A stretch of 64,000 nt of DNA from Minisyncoccia bacterium (GTDB taxonomy: Bacteria > Patescibacteriota > Minisyncoccia > Phycocordibacterales > UBA918). A program made the translations under genes and the position numbers. Position 1 is the first letter of the stretch. Each line of letters starts with the position of its first letter. This document shows positions 18,533 through 28,158 of the stretch, one piece after another. Under the pieces are notes generated by a model, which was not told the DNA's origin, did no database searches, and worked only from the letters and a program-made list of their open reading frames with translations. The DNA is taken from the NCBI GenBank assembly GCA_964229335.1, contig CAXRCZ010000004.1, positions 142,542 to 206,541 on the forward strand, in the 5' to 3' direction.

Positions 18533-18579
18533 CTTGCCCAACTATCTCTGTCCCGGCCCTTTGTGATATTCTAGAGACC

Positions 18580-20262
18580 ATGACGCAAGACAGAGCTCTT
18601 TCTATTCTCAAAACCGGTGCCAACGTCTTTTTGACTGGTGAACCGGGAGCAGGGAAGACTCACGTAATTAATCAGTACATTGCTTGGCTCGAAGCAGCCA
18701 AACTCAAAGTAGCAGTGACAGCTTCGACCGGTATTGCCGCAACTCACATCGGCGGATTAACCATTCATTCTTGGAGCGGGATTGGTATTAAGGATTCGCT
18801 TACCCCGTTTGATTTGGAGCAAATTATCGCTAGAGAAAAAGTCACCAAGCGCATGCAAGCCGCGCAGGTCTTAGTGATTGATGAGATATCAATGCTCGAC
18901 GGAAAAATCCTCGATATGGTAGATAGGGTGTTACAAGCCGCTCGCAGCAACAAAGAGCCGTTTGGCGGAATCCAAGTGGTGTTTGTGGGAGACTTTTTCC
19001 AGTTGCCACCGGTCACCAGGCAAGGCGATGTGTTGCGCTATGCTTTTGAGTCACTCGTCTGGCAAAATGCCAAACCGCTGACTTGCTATATCACTGAGCA
19101 ATATCGTCAAGAAGACGAAATTCTACTCTCACTCCTCAGTTCAATCAGGAAAAACGAAATTGAAGAAGACCACTATACGTTACTGCAAGAACAAACTGAT
19201 ATTGCGTTTGAGCAACTGGAACCAACTCGTTTGTATACACATAATATAGACGTAGACACAGTAAACAGTGAAAAGTTAGCAGAATTACCTGGTTACGCTC
19301 ACACTTACAAAATGGAAGGCGTGGGACGCAAGCCGCTGGTAGAAAGCTTAAAGAAGAACTGTCTCTCGCCTGAGACACTAGTACTGAAAGAAGACGCTAT
19401 GGTGATGTGTACCAAGAATAATTTTGAAGCGGGGTATGTTAACGGTAGTTTAGGTAGAGTGGTGAGTTTTGAAGATGGGTATCCAGTGATTGAATTACTT
19501 GATGGTAAGCGCATTACTATCAAACCAGTATCGTGGGAAGTGATAGAAGATAAAAAGGTGTTAGCTGGCATAGAGCAATTACCGTTGCGACTAGCGTGGG
19601 CGATTACCGTTCACAAGAGTCAGGGTATGTCACTCGATGCAGCTGAAGTGGATTTATCAAAAGCCTTTGTGTATGGACAGGGATATGTAGCGTTATCTCG
19701 AGTAAGGAGCTTGGAGGGGTTGAAGGTAAACGGTATGCACCCCAACGCGCTGCAAGTTGATCCAAAGGTAGTCGCACAAGACACGAGGTTTGTGGAAGAT
19801 TCAGAAGCGGCGGACAGTGCGTTTGAAGCTATGGAAGAAGCAGAAGTAGAGAATATGCATGAACGCTTTGTGGTAGCTAATGGAGGTGTAGTGCCGCAAG
19901 GTGAGATAGAACCAAAGGCTCCAAGTGAACGAATCAAACAGGAAAGCACCTTTGCTCTCACTAAACAATTGCTAGAGGTAGGAAAGAGTTTAGCTGCTAT
20001 CGCGAAAGAACGCTCGTTGACAGAGTCTACTGTCTGGAATCATATCGAACGGTTGGCGGAGGAGGGCGACATAAACCAATCACATATTGCTCACCTAGAG
20101 CCAAGTAACCCTGACTGGCAAGAAGTACAAGCAGAACTATATTCAATCATGGATAAAATCGGCACAGACAAGCTGAAACCAATTTTCGAAGCGGCGGAAG
20201 AAAAATACGATTACAATTTGATTCGTTTAGGACGAGTTGAGTACCAGCTAGCCAAGCAGTAG
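18580..20262 (+). CDS. Pif1-family SF1B DNA helicase with C-terminal HTH
   Basis: TGEPGAGKT, TIHSW, IDEISM, GDFFQLPPV, AWAITVHKSQG, GQGYVALSRV; C-terminal IAKERSLTESTVWNH. Confidence 0.9.
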   Translation: MTQDRALSILKTGANVFLTGEPGAGKTHVINQYIAWLEAAKLKVAVTASTGIAATHIGGLTIHSWSGIGIKDSLTPFDLEQIIAREKVTKRMQAAQVLVIDEISMLDGKILDMVDRVLQAARSNKEPFGGIQVVFVGDFFQLPPVTRQGDVLRYAFESLVWQNAKPLTCYITEQYRQEDEILLSLLSSIRKNEIEEDHYTLLQEQTDIAFEQLEPTRLYTHNIDVDTVNSEKLAELPGYAHTYKMEGVGRKPLVESLKKNCLSPETLVLKEDAMVMCTKNNFEAGYVNGSLGRVVSFEDGYPVIELLDGKRITIKPVSWEVIEDKKVLAGIEQLPLRLAWAITVHKSQGMSLDAAEVDLSKAFVYGQGYVALSRVRSLEGLKVNGMHPNALQVDPKVVAQDTRFVEDSEAADSAFEAMEEAEVENMHERFVVANGGVVPQGEIEPKAPSERIKQESTFALTKQLLEVGKSLAAIAKERSLTESTVWNHIERLAEEGDINQSHIAHLEPSNPDWQEVQAELYSIMDKIGTDKLKPIFEAAEEKYDYNLIRLGRVEYQLAKQ

Positions 20263-20266
20263 TAAT

Positions 20267-20680
20267 ATGTGGTCGCGAAGGAGATATCGCCAGCGTGCGA
20301 GTACGGTAACGAAACATTATCAAGAGCATAAAGAAGTAGCGAGGCAATTAATCATCAGCCGCCTACATCACTATAATGAGCACTACAATTTGTCTTGGAA
20401 CCGGGTAGCAATTCGCAACCAACGACGGTGTTGGGGGAGTTGTTCATCTAAAATGAACCTGAACTTCAGCTATAAATTATTGTTTCTCCCACCTCATTTG
20501 TGTGATTACGTCATTGTTCATGAGTTGTGCCATTTAAAAGAGTTAAATCACGGAGTGAACTTTTGGAAACTAGTAGCCGAAACTTTACCCAATTATCAAG
20601 AGTTGGTTCGAGAACTCAAAATGATTGAACGACAAGGTTCTAGTATCGCCGCCCTTGAAGCTCGCTATCATTCTGCGTGA
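20267..20680 (+). CDS. YgjP/DUF45 (M48/SprT-like) zinc metallohydrolase
   Basis: WGSCS, DYVIVHELCHL..NH...FW. Confidence 0.85.
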   Translation: MWSRRRYRQRASTVTKHYQEHKEVARQLIISRLHHYNEHYNLSWNRVAIRNQRRCWGSCSSKMNLNFSYKLLFLPPHLCDYVIVHELCHLKELNHGVNFWKLVAETLPNYQELVRELKMIERQGSSIAALEARYHSA

Positions 20681-20693
20681 TACTATTCTAGGT

Positions 20694-21140
20694 ATGAACG
20701 ATTATCAAAAACCAACTAAAGAAGAGTTAAAACAACAGCTCGATGAGTTGACCTACCGAGTCACTCAAGAGGGTGGTACTGAGGCATCTGGTAGTAGTTC
20801 GCTTGATAAGCATTATGAACCTGGTATTTATGTCGATGCGGTATCAGGAGAGCCTCTGTTCTCCTCGCGTGACAAATATGATTCTGGTAGTGGTTGGCCG
20901 TCGTTTACAAAACCAATCAAAAGCGATGTGGTAAAGGAGAAGCAAGATTTTACCCTAATTGCACCCCGCACTGAAGTACGGTCGGCTCAGGCAGATAGTC
21001 ATCTCGGACACGTGTTTAATGACGGGCCAAAAGAAAGTACCGGACTACGATATTGCATGAATGGGGCGGCGTTGCGTTTTGTACCAAAAGACGCTATGGA
21101 AGCAGAGGGGTATGGAGACTATTTATCAGAAGTTGAGTAG
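20694..21140 (+). CDS. msrB: Peptide-methionine (R)-S-oxide reductase
   Basis: KYDSGSGWPSF, RTEV, HLGHVF.DGP, RYCMNG; ATG at 20694. Confidence 0.95.
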   Translation: MNDYQKPTKEELKQQLDELTYRVTQEGGTEASGSSSLDKHYEPGIYVDAVSGEPLFSSRDKYDSGSGWPSFTKPIKSDVVKEKQDFTLIAPRTEVRSAQADSHLGHVFNDGPKESTGLRYCMNGAALRFVPKDAMEAEGYGDYLSEVE

Positions 21141-21189
21141 TCACTTTATGCTATGTCACAAGGTGGCCTAATGTGCTAGCATAGTCATC

Positions 21190-22410
21190 ATGACAAAGCT
21201 TTTAGCTGCCAGTTTGCTGGTATTTACTTTCATGGGAGCCGGGTTTGTGCCAACGGCTATTGCACAAGATGTTGTTGATGAAAATCAACCACCGGTCTAC
21301 ATGTTTGGCCGGGATGATTGTGGTTTTTGTAAAGCTCAGGTTGAGTTCATGACTGAGGAGGGGATTGCCTATGAATATTTAAATATTGTCGAAGATAATG
21401 AGGCGAAGGAGTTGTATGAAGCAGTGGCGACCAAGCATGAGCTCACTCGCGTCACACCAATTACAGTTATAGGAGAAACTGTACTGTTAGGATTTGACAG
21501 TCCACGCACAACCGGTGAACAAATAAAATCAGCACTCAACCGAGCGCAAGGTTCAGATATAGATACTATAGAAGAACATCTTGAACTTGCTCAGAAGCAA
21601 TCCGGCCAAGCGGGCGGAGGTTGTACTGACGTATCATGTGCTGAAGGAGAAGGGCAGTTTAATTTTGACTTACCATTTGTCGGGGTGGTTGATTTGCGGA
21701 GTTTTTCATTATTCACCCTTTCTCTCGTGCTAGGTGTGATTGATGGATTCAATCCGTGTGCAATGTGGGTATTGATTACCTTCCTCACTTTGCTCTCGCA
21801 GGCAGGTAGCCGCAAAAAGATGGTTTTCTTGGCGGGAATATTTATCTTAGCGGAAGCAATCATGTACAACCTGATTCTCAATGTCTGGTACAAGACATGG
21901 GATTTTGTCGCTCTTGACCAAATTGTAACTCCGCTGGTTGGGTTCTTAGCGCTCGGCGGAGGTTTGTTCTTCTTGTGGCGGTGGTACAAGAATAAGAACG
22001 CTCCATTAGTATGTGATATCAGTGACATAGAAACTCAAGCCAAAACAGTCGGGCGATTTAAAGCAATCATTGATCAGCCAATTACTCTTGCCACTCTGGC
22101 TGCTATCTTGGTTATTGCTTTCTCGGTAAACATTATTGAATTTGCTTGTTCTATCGGTATTCCGCAGGCGTACACCAAGATATTGGAACTCAACTTGCTA
22201 AGTTTTGCCGAGAGACAGTGGTATATCCTTGTTTACACTCTTGGCTACATGTTCGATGATCTGGTGGTCTTTGGTCTAGCGATTTGGGGGTACTCTAAGT
22301 TGCAATCGCACGGTGCAAAATATGCGCAACTATCGCTCCTTATTGGTGGCGGACTAATGCTACTTCTAGGAGCTCTGTTAGTGTTTGCGCCTGAATTATT
22401 GGTCTTATAA
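21190..22410 (+). CDS. Exported glutaredoxin domain fused to a CcdA/DsbD-like transmembrane domain
   Basis: Signal peptide, CGFC and VTP (thioredoxin fold), DGFNPCAMW and EFACS membrane Cys pair. Confidence 0.8.
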   Translation: MTKLLAASLLVFTFMGAGFVPTAIAQDVVDENQPPVYMFGRDDCGFCKAQVEFMTEEGIAYEYLNIVEDNEAKELYEAVATKHELTRVTPITVIGETVLLGFDSPRTTGEQIKSALNRAQGSDIDTIEEHLELAQKQSGQAGGGCTDVSCAEGEGQFNFDLPFVGVVDLRSFSLFTLSLVLGVIDGFNPCAMWVLITFLTLLSQAGSRKKMVFLAGIFILAEAIMYNLILNVWYKTWDFVALDQIVTPLVGFLALGGGLFFLWRWYKNKNAPLVCDISDIETQAKTVGRFKAIIDQPITLATLAAILVIAFSVNIIEFACSIGIPQAYTKILELNLLSFAERQWYILVYTLGYMFDDLVVFGLAIWGYSKLQSHGAKYAQLSLLIGGGLMLLLGALLVFAPELLVL

Positions 22411-22425
22411 GCTATACTCATTAGT

Positions 22426-23364
22426 ATGCAATTACTGTTTCCGGTTGTATTCCTTCTCATCTCGCTCACTCTCTTGGTAAAGGGAGCGGATTGGTTTGTC
22501 GCTGGCGCCAAAAAAGTTGGTCTAGCCTTGGGTATGAGCTCATTCATTGTGGGGGTGCTGATTGTAGGGATTGGTACTTCGTTACCCGAGCTAGCCTCTT
22601 CTATTGCTGGGGTACTGAGTGGTGCGCCGACAATCGTGATAGCGAACGCTCTCGGATCAAATATCACTAATATTTTGCTGATTGTTGGGTTTATGGCCGC
22701 GGTCAGCGGACCGATTTTTATAAAACAAGATTTGATAAAGTCTGAACTTCCGATTTTTTTGATTGCTACCGTACACTTCGTAGTAGCTGTCTATGATGGC
22801 GTTATCGATCAGCTTGAAGGGGGATTGTTGGTCGGTACCTTCATCGCCTACCTATGGTATCTCCACAGCCAAGCGAAAGAAGATAGAAAAACAGCCCAGA
22901 AGCCAACCGGAGACAGTGAATTCGCCAAAGCATTCTTTTTGTTATTTATAGGTATTGCCGCCGTGCTGGTGGGAGCACATTTCACTGTACAAAACGCCAT
23001 CATGATTGCCACTAGTCTATCAGTCCCGATTGGTTTGGTGTCAATCGCGGCTATTGCTATTGGTACTTCGCTTCCAGAATTGTTTGTCTCGGTGCAGGCC
23101 ATCCGTAGTGGCGAAGCAGATTTGGCAGTAGGGAACATCTTTGGTTCCAATGCCTTTAATATTTTGATGGTGGTGGGACTGCCAGCTCTTTGGGTGCCGC
23201 TGCCAGCTGATAGTGTTGTGATGGATGTTGGTCTTGCAATCTTTGTTGCCGCTTCAGTTATCTTCTTTGTAAATGGTCTTTCTAGACAACTAATGCGCTG
23301 GGAGGGTGTGATGATGTTGCTTTTCTTTGGTTATTTCTTGGCAAAATTGGCGACACTAGTCTAA
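22426..23364 (+). CDS. Ca2+/Na+ antiporter (YrbG family)
   Basis: Two GTSLPEL alpha repeats and GSN motifs. Confidence 0.92.
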   Translation: MQLLFPVVFLLISLTLLVKGADWFVAGAKKVGLALGMSSFIVGVLIVGIGTSLPELASSIAGVLSGAPTIVIANALGSNITNILLIVGFMAAVSGPIFIKQDLIKSELPIFLIATVHFVVAVYDGVIDQLEGGLLVGTFIAYLWYLHSQAKEDRKTAQKPTGDSEFAKAFFLLFIGIAAVLVGAHFTVQNAIMIATSLSVPIGLVSIAAIAIGTSLPELFVSVQAIRSGEADLAVGNIFGSNAFNILMVVGLPALWVPLPADSVVMDVGLAIFVAASVIFFVNGLSRQLMRWEGVMMLLFFGYFLAKLATLV

Positions 23365-23367
23365 GTC

Positions 23368-24027
23368 ATGGCTGATATCGAAGAACTACTATTGATAGAT
23401 AAGCCAGCTGGTATTACATCGATGGATGTAATCCGAAAGTTACGCAAGCAAATCGGAATTAAAAAAATTGGTCACGCCGGTACCCTTGACCCACTAGCTA
23501 CCGGGTTGATGTTGGTAGGGGTTGGGAAAGGAACCAAACAATTAGCACAGCTAGTGAAACTTGATAAAGAGTATCTAGCAGAGGTTAGAATAGGTGAAAG
23601 TCGCACCACTAGCGACCTAGAAGGGGAAGTAGTTGAGGCAAAACTAGTTGAAGGTATTGAAGTTGCTCAAATTAAAAAGCAGCTAGCTGATATGGTTGGT
23701 ACAATCACTTTGCCTGTGTCAGCTTATAGCGCCATCAAGGTAGATGGTGTTCCAATGTACAAGCGAGCCAGGGCAGCCGAAAAGAAAGGTGAGATAGTCA
23801 ACGAGGTGCCAGAACGAGAAATGGTTGTCCATGAAGCAGAGTTTTTTGGATACCAAGAAAGTGAGGGCATCGGTGTGATTACGGTCAGGTTTGCAGTCGG
23901 TAGTGGGACTTATATTCGCTCGCTAGCAGAAGAGTTGGGAAGGCGTCTGGGATATCCTGCCACACTCCAGAAGCTCCGCCGCACGAAGGTGGGAGATTTT
24001 GATATAAAAAATGCACGACCCATATAG
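23368..24027 (+). CDS. truB: tRNA pseudouridine(55) synthase
   Basis: DKPAGITS, GHAGTLDPLATG, YSAIK, GTYIRSL. Confidence 0.95.
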   Translation: MADIEELLLIDKPAGITSMDVIRKLRKQIGIKKIGHAGTLDPLATGLMLVGVGKGTKQLAQLVKLDKEYLAEVRIGESRTTSDLEGEVVEAKLVEGIEVAQIKKQLADMVGTITLPVSAYSAIKVDGVPMYKRARAAEKKGEIVNEVPEREMVVHEAEFFGYQESEGIGVITVRFAVGSGTYIRSLAEELGRRLGYPATLQKLRRTKVGDFDIKNARPI

Positions 24028-24068
24028 GTCGTGACTAACGTGGCGGCGTCAACCGGATTGTTGACGCC

Positions 24069-24593
24069 TTATAATTTTCCACTGAGTATTCGGTGTGCAA
24101 TCTCTACAGATTTTCGCCTATGAAGCTCTATAATCATTGTATTTCTACAAGGACGACGTTCTACTTCAAAGCCACCTGTATCAATATAGCTACCATACAA
24201 GATGGTAGCAGACCGACTCAAGGTAATGGTGTGGTACAGACTGAAACCTTGTTGGTGATCTTCAACAAAGATGCTCCAACCACCGTAATCGGCAGGTCTC
24301 TTCCTAGTCCGTTTTACCGCCTTAAAGTATTGCGAGAGTAATGCGTGGTAGCTACTTCTTCGTACTTTGTCCCGCACATGATGCATATCCAGTAAAAAAG
24401 AAACTTTTTTGGGATAGGTTTGGATACTGCGAGGGAATTTGTGCGTTCTCATGAGACGAATGAGCTTACATAGAAGACTGTAGCAAAAAGGCGCTTCCTC
24501 AGTGCCAAACTCATTGTCTCGCTCCCAGCATAGTCGGCTGAGAATCGCTTCGTCAATGAAAAAATCACTGACGATGGGTGAGTGTACACTCAT
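24069..24593 (-). CDS. Hypothetical protein
   Basis: 174-aa ORF with AAAGGA SD-like site upstream and a GGCGTCAAC/GTTGACGCC hairpin at its end. Confidence 0.5.
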   Translation of the reverse strand: MSVHSPIVSDFFIDEAILSRLCWERDNEFGTEEAPFCYSLLCKLIRLMRTHKFPRSIQTYPKKVSFLLDMHHVRDKVRRSSYHALLSQYFKAVKRTRKRPADYGGWSIFVEDHQQGFSLYHTITLSRSATILYGSYIDTGGFEVERRPCRNTMIIELHRRKSVEIAHRILSGKL

Positions 24594-24654
24594 GTCAATT
24601 TCCTTTCATCAACAGAACAACCTGCTATTTTATACAACTAAATATAATAATTAT

Positions 24655-24948
24655 CTAGTCTTCAGGATCTCCGCCACGTTGTCGTATCATCTCCAGGGCT
24701 TCTCTCTCCTTGAGACTCTTCTCATAATCTACTTCTTCTTCATGCGAGATTTTTCTTTCAGCTAGTAATGCGCCAATCTCACTTTGAATCCTTTTTACAT
24801 CGGATTCGTTAGTTATCATTTCGTTACGCAACACTTGACGTATTGCTGCCGGTACACTGGGAGACTTCTTGTCTCGAAGGCGCTCCATTACTTCGTCAGC
24901 CCGAACTTCATTTTTACTCTTAGTATTTCCAAAGCTTTCAAAGCTCAT
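24655..24948 (-). CDS. Hypothetical small charged protein
   Basis: Starts 1 nt after the yqeY-like stop. Confidence 0.6.
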   Translation of the reverse strand: MSFESFGNTKSKNEVRADEVMERLRDKKSPSVPAAIRQVLRNEMITNESDVKRIQSEIGALLAERKISHEEEVDYEKSLKEREALEMIRQRGGDPED

Positions 24949-24949
24949 A

Positions 24950-25402
24950 TTAAAATAATGATTCTATTACTTCTTTAACATCGCCACCTTCAGCGCGGCC
25001 AGCGGTTTCTTTCATCACTGCTCCCATTAAGATACCCATCTTTGACTTGTCATCTATTCCCAATTCTTGCTTTTTAGCTTCAGCGATAGGCCGGATTTCT
25101 TCTTGGCTTAATGTTTGAGGTAAGTAGTCTTGCAAGATTTCGAGCTCGGCTTTCTCTGGTTCGGCTAGTTCTGGCCGATTGGCGGCTTCGTACTGGGTGA
25201 TAGATTCTTTACGCTGTTTGGCGAGACGTTTGATGACAGAAAGTGCTTCATCATCAGATAGCTCGTCTTGCGGAGTACGTTTGGTGGCGACTAATTCATT
25301 GGTAAAAGCGGTCAAAATATGGCGAATAGTGCGCAAGCGCACTTCTTGCTTGGCTTTCATGGCTTCTTTGAGAGAAGCTCGTATCTTGGTGTGTAGTGAC
25401 AT
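24950..25402 (-). CDS. GatB/YqeY domain protein
   Basis: LKEAMKAK, KQRKESI.QY..ANR.ELA..E..E..IL..YLP. Confidence 0.92.
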   Translation of the reverse strand: MSLHTKIRASLKEAMKAKQEVRLRTIRHILTAFTNELVATKRTPQDELSDDEALSVIKRLAKQRKESITQYEAANRPELAEPEKAELEILQDYLPQTLSQEEIRPIAEAKKQELGIDDKSKMGILMGAVMKETAGRAEGGDVKEVIESLF

Positions 25403-25440
25403 ATGAGTTATTTTAGCATGAGTGGTATCATGTGGGTATT

Positions 25441-26514
25441 ATGGAAAATATACTTGTAATTCTGGTTGGTCTGTTGTTGTTGAGTAATGTGTTGGTGCTT
25501 TGGTGGTTACGGAGACCCAGTGATAAAAAAGACGTACCTTCAGATAGTTTTGTGTTGTTACAACAACAACTACAAGACCTCTCTCGGACAGTAGATGCTA
25601 GATTAGGGGAGACAAACAAAGCCATGCAAGAGGGTGCTCGTTCGCAATTTCGGGAGAGTAAAGAATTGATGCAAGAAATTAACAAGGAAATGAACGAGCA
25701 ATTGCGCAACGTAGTAAAAGGAGTGACCGAAGTAAGTGAAAGCAGCAAACAAGTTTTTACAGTAGCTGATCAGCTCAAGGAACTGCAAGATATCTTAAAA
25801 AATCCCAAGCAACGTGGCGTGCTAGGGGAATATTATCTCGAAACCGTACTACAGAATGTGCTACCACCAAACAGCTTTCAGATGCAGTACGCTTTTCCAG
25901 ATGGCGAGGTGGTGGATGCGGCTGTGTTTATCAAAGGCAAGGTGATTCCGGTGGATTCTAAGTTCTCGCTCGAGAACTACAACCGGTTTGCCGCGGCAGC
26001 CGACGGAGTGGAGAAAGTGCAATTTGAAAAAGCGTTCATTAATGACCTCAAACTCCGTATTACTGAGACTGCAAAATATATTCGTCCAACAGAGAAGACT
26101 ACTGATTTTGCCTTTATGTTTATTCCGCACGAAGGAATTTACTATGACTTACTCTCTAATAAGGTAGGAGCTAGTGAAGATAACTTGATTCAACGAGCAG
26201 CTGGTAAGTACAAGGTGATTATTGTCTCACCGACTTCATTCCTAGCCTACCTCCAGACTGTTTTGCAGGGTCTTAAAGCGATGGAAATTGAAGAGCAAGC
26301 GCAGGATATTATTAAAAATGTCGACAAGCTATCGACTCATATCTCAAACTACGAGACGTACTATCAGAAACTTGGTAAGACTCTAGAAACCACCGTCAAT
26401 CACTATAACGCTGGCTACAAGGAGTTAAATAAGATAGACAAAGATATTACCAAGATAACTGGCACCACAGCAGGGGTAGATATGCTCAGTATCGATCGTC
26501 CACAGCAGGAATAA
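25441..26514 (+). CDS. rmuC: DNA recombination protein RmuC
   Basis: N-terminal TM, K.RG..GE..LE, PVDSKF, KYI.P..TTDFAFMFIP.EG, VSPT. Confidence 0.9.
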   Translation: MENILVILVGLLLLSNVLVLWWLRRPSDKKDVPSDSFVLLQQQLQDLSRTVDARLGETNKAMQEGARSQFRESKELMQEINKEMNEQLRNVVKGVTEVSESSKQVFTVADQLKELQDILKNPKQRGVLGEYYLETVLQNVLPPNSFQMQYAFPDGEVVDAAVFIKGKVIPVDSKFSLENYNRFAAAADGVEKVQFEKAFINDLKLRITETAKYIRPTEKTTDFAFMFIPHEGIYYDLLSNKVGASEDNLIQRAAGKYKVIIVSPTSFLAYLQTVLQGLKAMEIEEQAQDIIKNVDKLSTHISNYETYYQKLGKTLETTVNHYNAGYKELNKIDKDITKITGTTAGVDMLSIDRPQQE

Positions 26515-26550
26515 TTTAACCCCTCCCACTAAGCGCGGGAGGGGAATTGG

Positions 26551-26739
26551 TTAGGCGACGTAGAGCGGACGCTCATTTGTCCCTGGGGCTGCGATTTCTA
26601 CGTTGACGGTGCGTTTTCGTCCATCAATTTCGATTTCGAGCGTATCGCTGGTGTTGTATTCTGAGGCTGGTCTCTCAAGATCGACATCGTGATCCTTGCA
26701 GTGACGACCAGACCGAAGGCATATGTGCGCTTTCGGCAT
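26551..26739 (-). CDS. Small hypothetical protein (62 aa)
   Basis: AAGGAG SD just before the ATG at 26739; hairpin after the stop. Confidence 0.5.
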   Translation of the reverse strand: MPKAHICLRSGRHCKDHDVDLERPASEYNTSDTLEIEIDGRKRTVNVEIAAPGTNERPLYVA

Positions 26740-26815
26740 ATCAGGCTCCTTTCCGTTCTTTAGAGTAGCAAAATGGTTGCAAAAAAGCCACAATCTTGTA
26801 TGATAGCGCCCACAT

Positions 26816-27145
26816 ATGGCAACAGAAACTAAAACCACCCCATTTGCAGTAATTGCTACTGGAGGCAAGCAATACGTCGTCCGCGAAGGCGATGTCTTAG
26901 CTGTAGAACTACTCGGTACTCATAAAGAGGGCGACAAAATTGAATTTGACCAAGTGCTACTTACTGATGATGGTAAGAAGGCAACCATGGGTTCACCAAC
27001 CACAGGAGGTAAGGTGACCGCAATGTACCTAGGAGAAAAGAAAGGTAAGAAGCTCACTATTATCCGCTTCGAAGCCAAAAGTAACCGAGACCGTCGACTA
27101 GGCCACCGCCAAAAATACTCACAAATTAAAATTGAAAAAATTTAA
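26816..27145 (+). CDS. rplU: 50S ribosomal protein bL21
   Basis: AVIATGGKQY, GHRQKYS. Confidence 0.95.
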   Translation: MATETKTTPFAVIATGGKQYVVREGDVLAVELLGTHKEGDKIEFDQVLLTDDGKKATMGSPTTGGKVTAMYLGEKKGKKLTIIRFEAKSNRDRRLGHRQKYSQIKIEKI

Positions 27146-27175
27146 CAAAAACTTCCCGCTAGGGAAGTTTTTGTT
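27144..27175 (+). terminator. Intrinsic terminator
   Basis: AACAAAAACTTCCC-gcta-GGGAAGTTTTTGTT. Confidence 0.8.
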
Positions 27176-27188
27176 ATGATTGAGTTAT

Positions 27189-27536
27189 ATGGAGCAACCA
27201 AATTTTGAAACACCATTTTCTCACGAAGGTAATGATGTGCTAAAAGCCAGGATAGATAATCTTAAAATAGCTTGTCTCAATGCGTACCGCTCTCTAAATC
27301 ACATAACTGATAAAGCGGGTGTCCTTAAAACAGAAATTATGGATGGTTTGTCCGAACAGAGTGAAGATCCAGAAGCTGTTGAGGAGGTGAAGTTGTGGCA
27401 CTATCTAATTAGTAGTACTAAAGAAGATTATTCAGCAAATCCAAAGGTTAAAGCTTACGTGGAAAGTAAAATTGAGGAATTTGTTCACAAACTAGAAGAC
27501 GAGGTCGGAGTCAATGAGCTAGAGCCAGCTGAATAG
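27189..27536 (+). CDS. Hypothetical acidic protein
   Basis: ORF with TGnTATGAT just upstream of the ATG at 27189. Confidence 0.6.
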   Translation: MEQPNFETPFSHEGNDVLKARIDNLKIACLNAYRSLNHITDKAGVLKTEIMDGLSEQSEDPEAVEEVKLWHYLISSTKEDYSANPKVKAYVESKIEEFVHKLEDEVGVNELEPAE

Positions 27537-27538
27537 AT

Positions 27539-28150
27539 TTAGAAACGATTTTTTAATGCGTTCTTTAGCGTTTCAGCATCAGCATACTCAAGTTCGCTGC
27601 CGGTAGATAAACCGCGGCCGAGATGACTGATAATTAGATCGGTATTCTTTATTACAGGGTTTAGTAAAGATTCTACAAAACGGGCGGTATTCTCACCATC
27701 CGGGTTGATTGAGAAGCCGAGGATTATTTCTTTGAGGTCAGCTAATCTAGTCTCTACAGTAGCTTTAAGGGCACCGGCTCGGAGTTTTTCATTTGCGACA
27801 TTATTGAGGAGCGGGGCAGTGCCACCGAGTACAAAATACAGTCCATCGTACATACCCGCTCGTTCAATGGCTTGAATATCTGAATCTCGCTCTACCACTA
27901 GTAGCTTGCTGTGGTCGCGATCAATTGAGGTACAAATTGAGCACATGTTGCCGCTGCTAGGAGTGGTGTAGAAACGATGGCAACTCTCGCACTCACTCAC
28001 TGTCGTTTTGACTGTGGTGATGAGCTTGGCTAATTCTGTATTGTCGCTTTCACTTAGATTGAGTACATGAAAAGCAAATCGTCGCGCTTGCCGAGCGCCA
28101 ATCCCAGGAAATTTTTCAAAATACAAAATTAGTTTATCCAGCTCAGACAT
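27539..28150 (-). CDS. recR: Recombination mediator RecR
   Basis: PGIG...ARR HhH, C4 zinc finger, Toprim (VVE, GENTA), ELEYAD. Confidence 0.95.
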   Translation of the reverse strand: MSELDKLILYFEKFPGIGARQARRFAFHVLNLSESDNTELAKLITTVKTTVSECESCHRFYTTPSSGNMCSICTSIDRDHSKLLVVERDSDIQAIERAGMYDGLYFVLGGTAPLLNNVANEKLRAGALKATVETRLADLKEIILGFSINPDGENTARFVESLLNPVIKNTDLIISHLGRGLSTGSELEYADAETLKNALKNRF

Positions 28151-28158
28151 AGTGGGAA

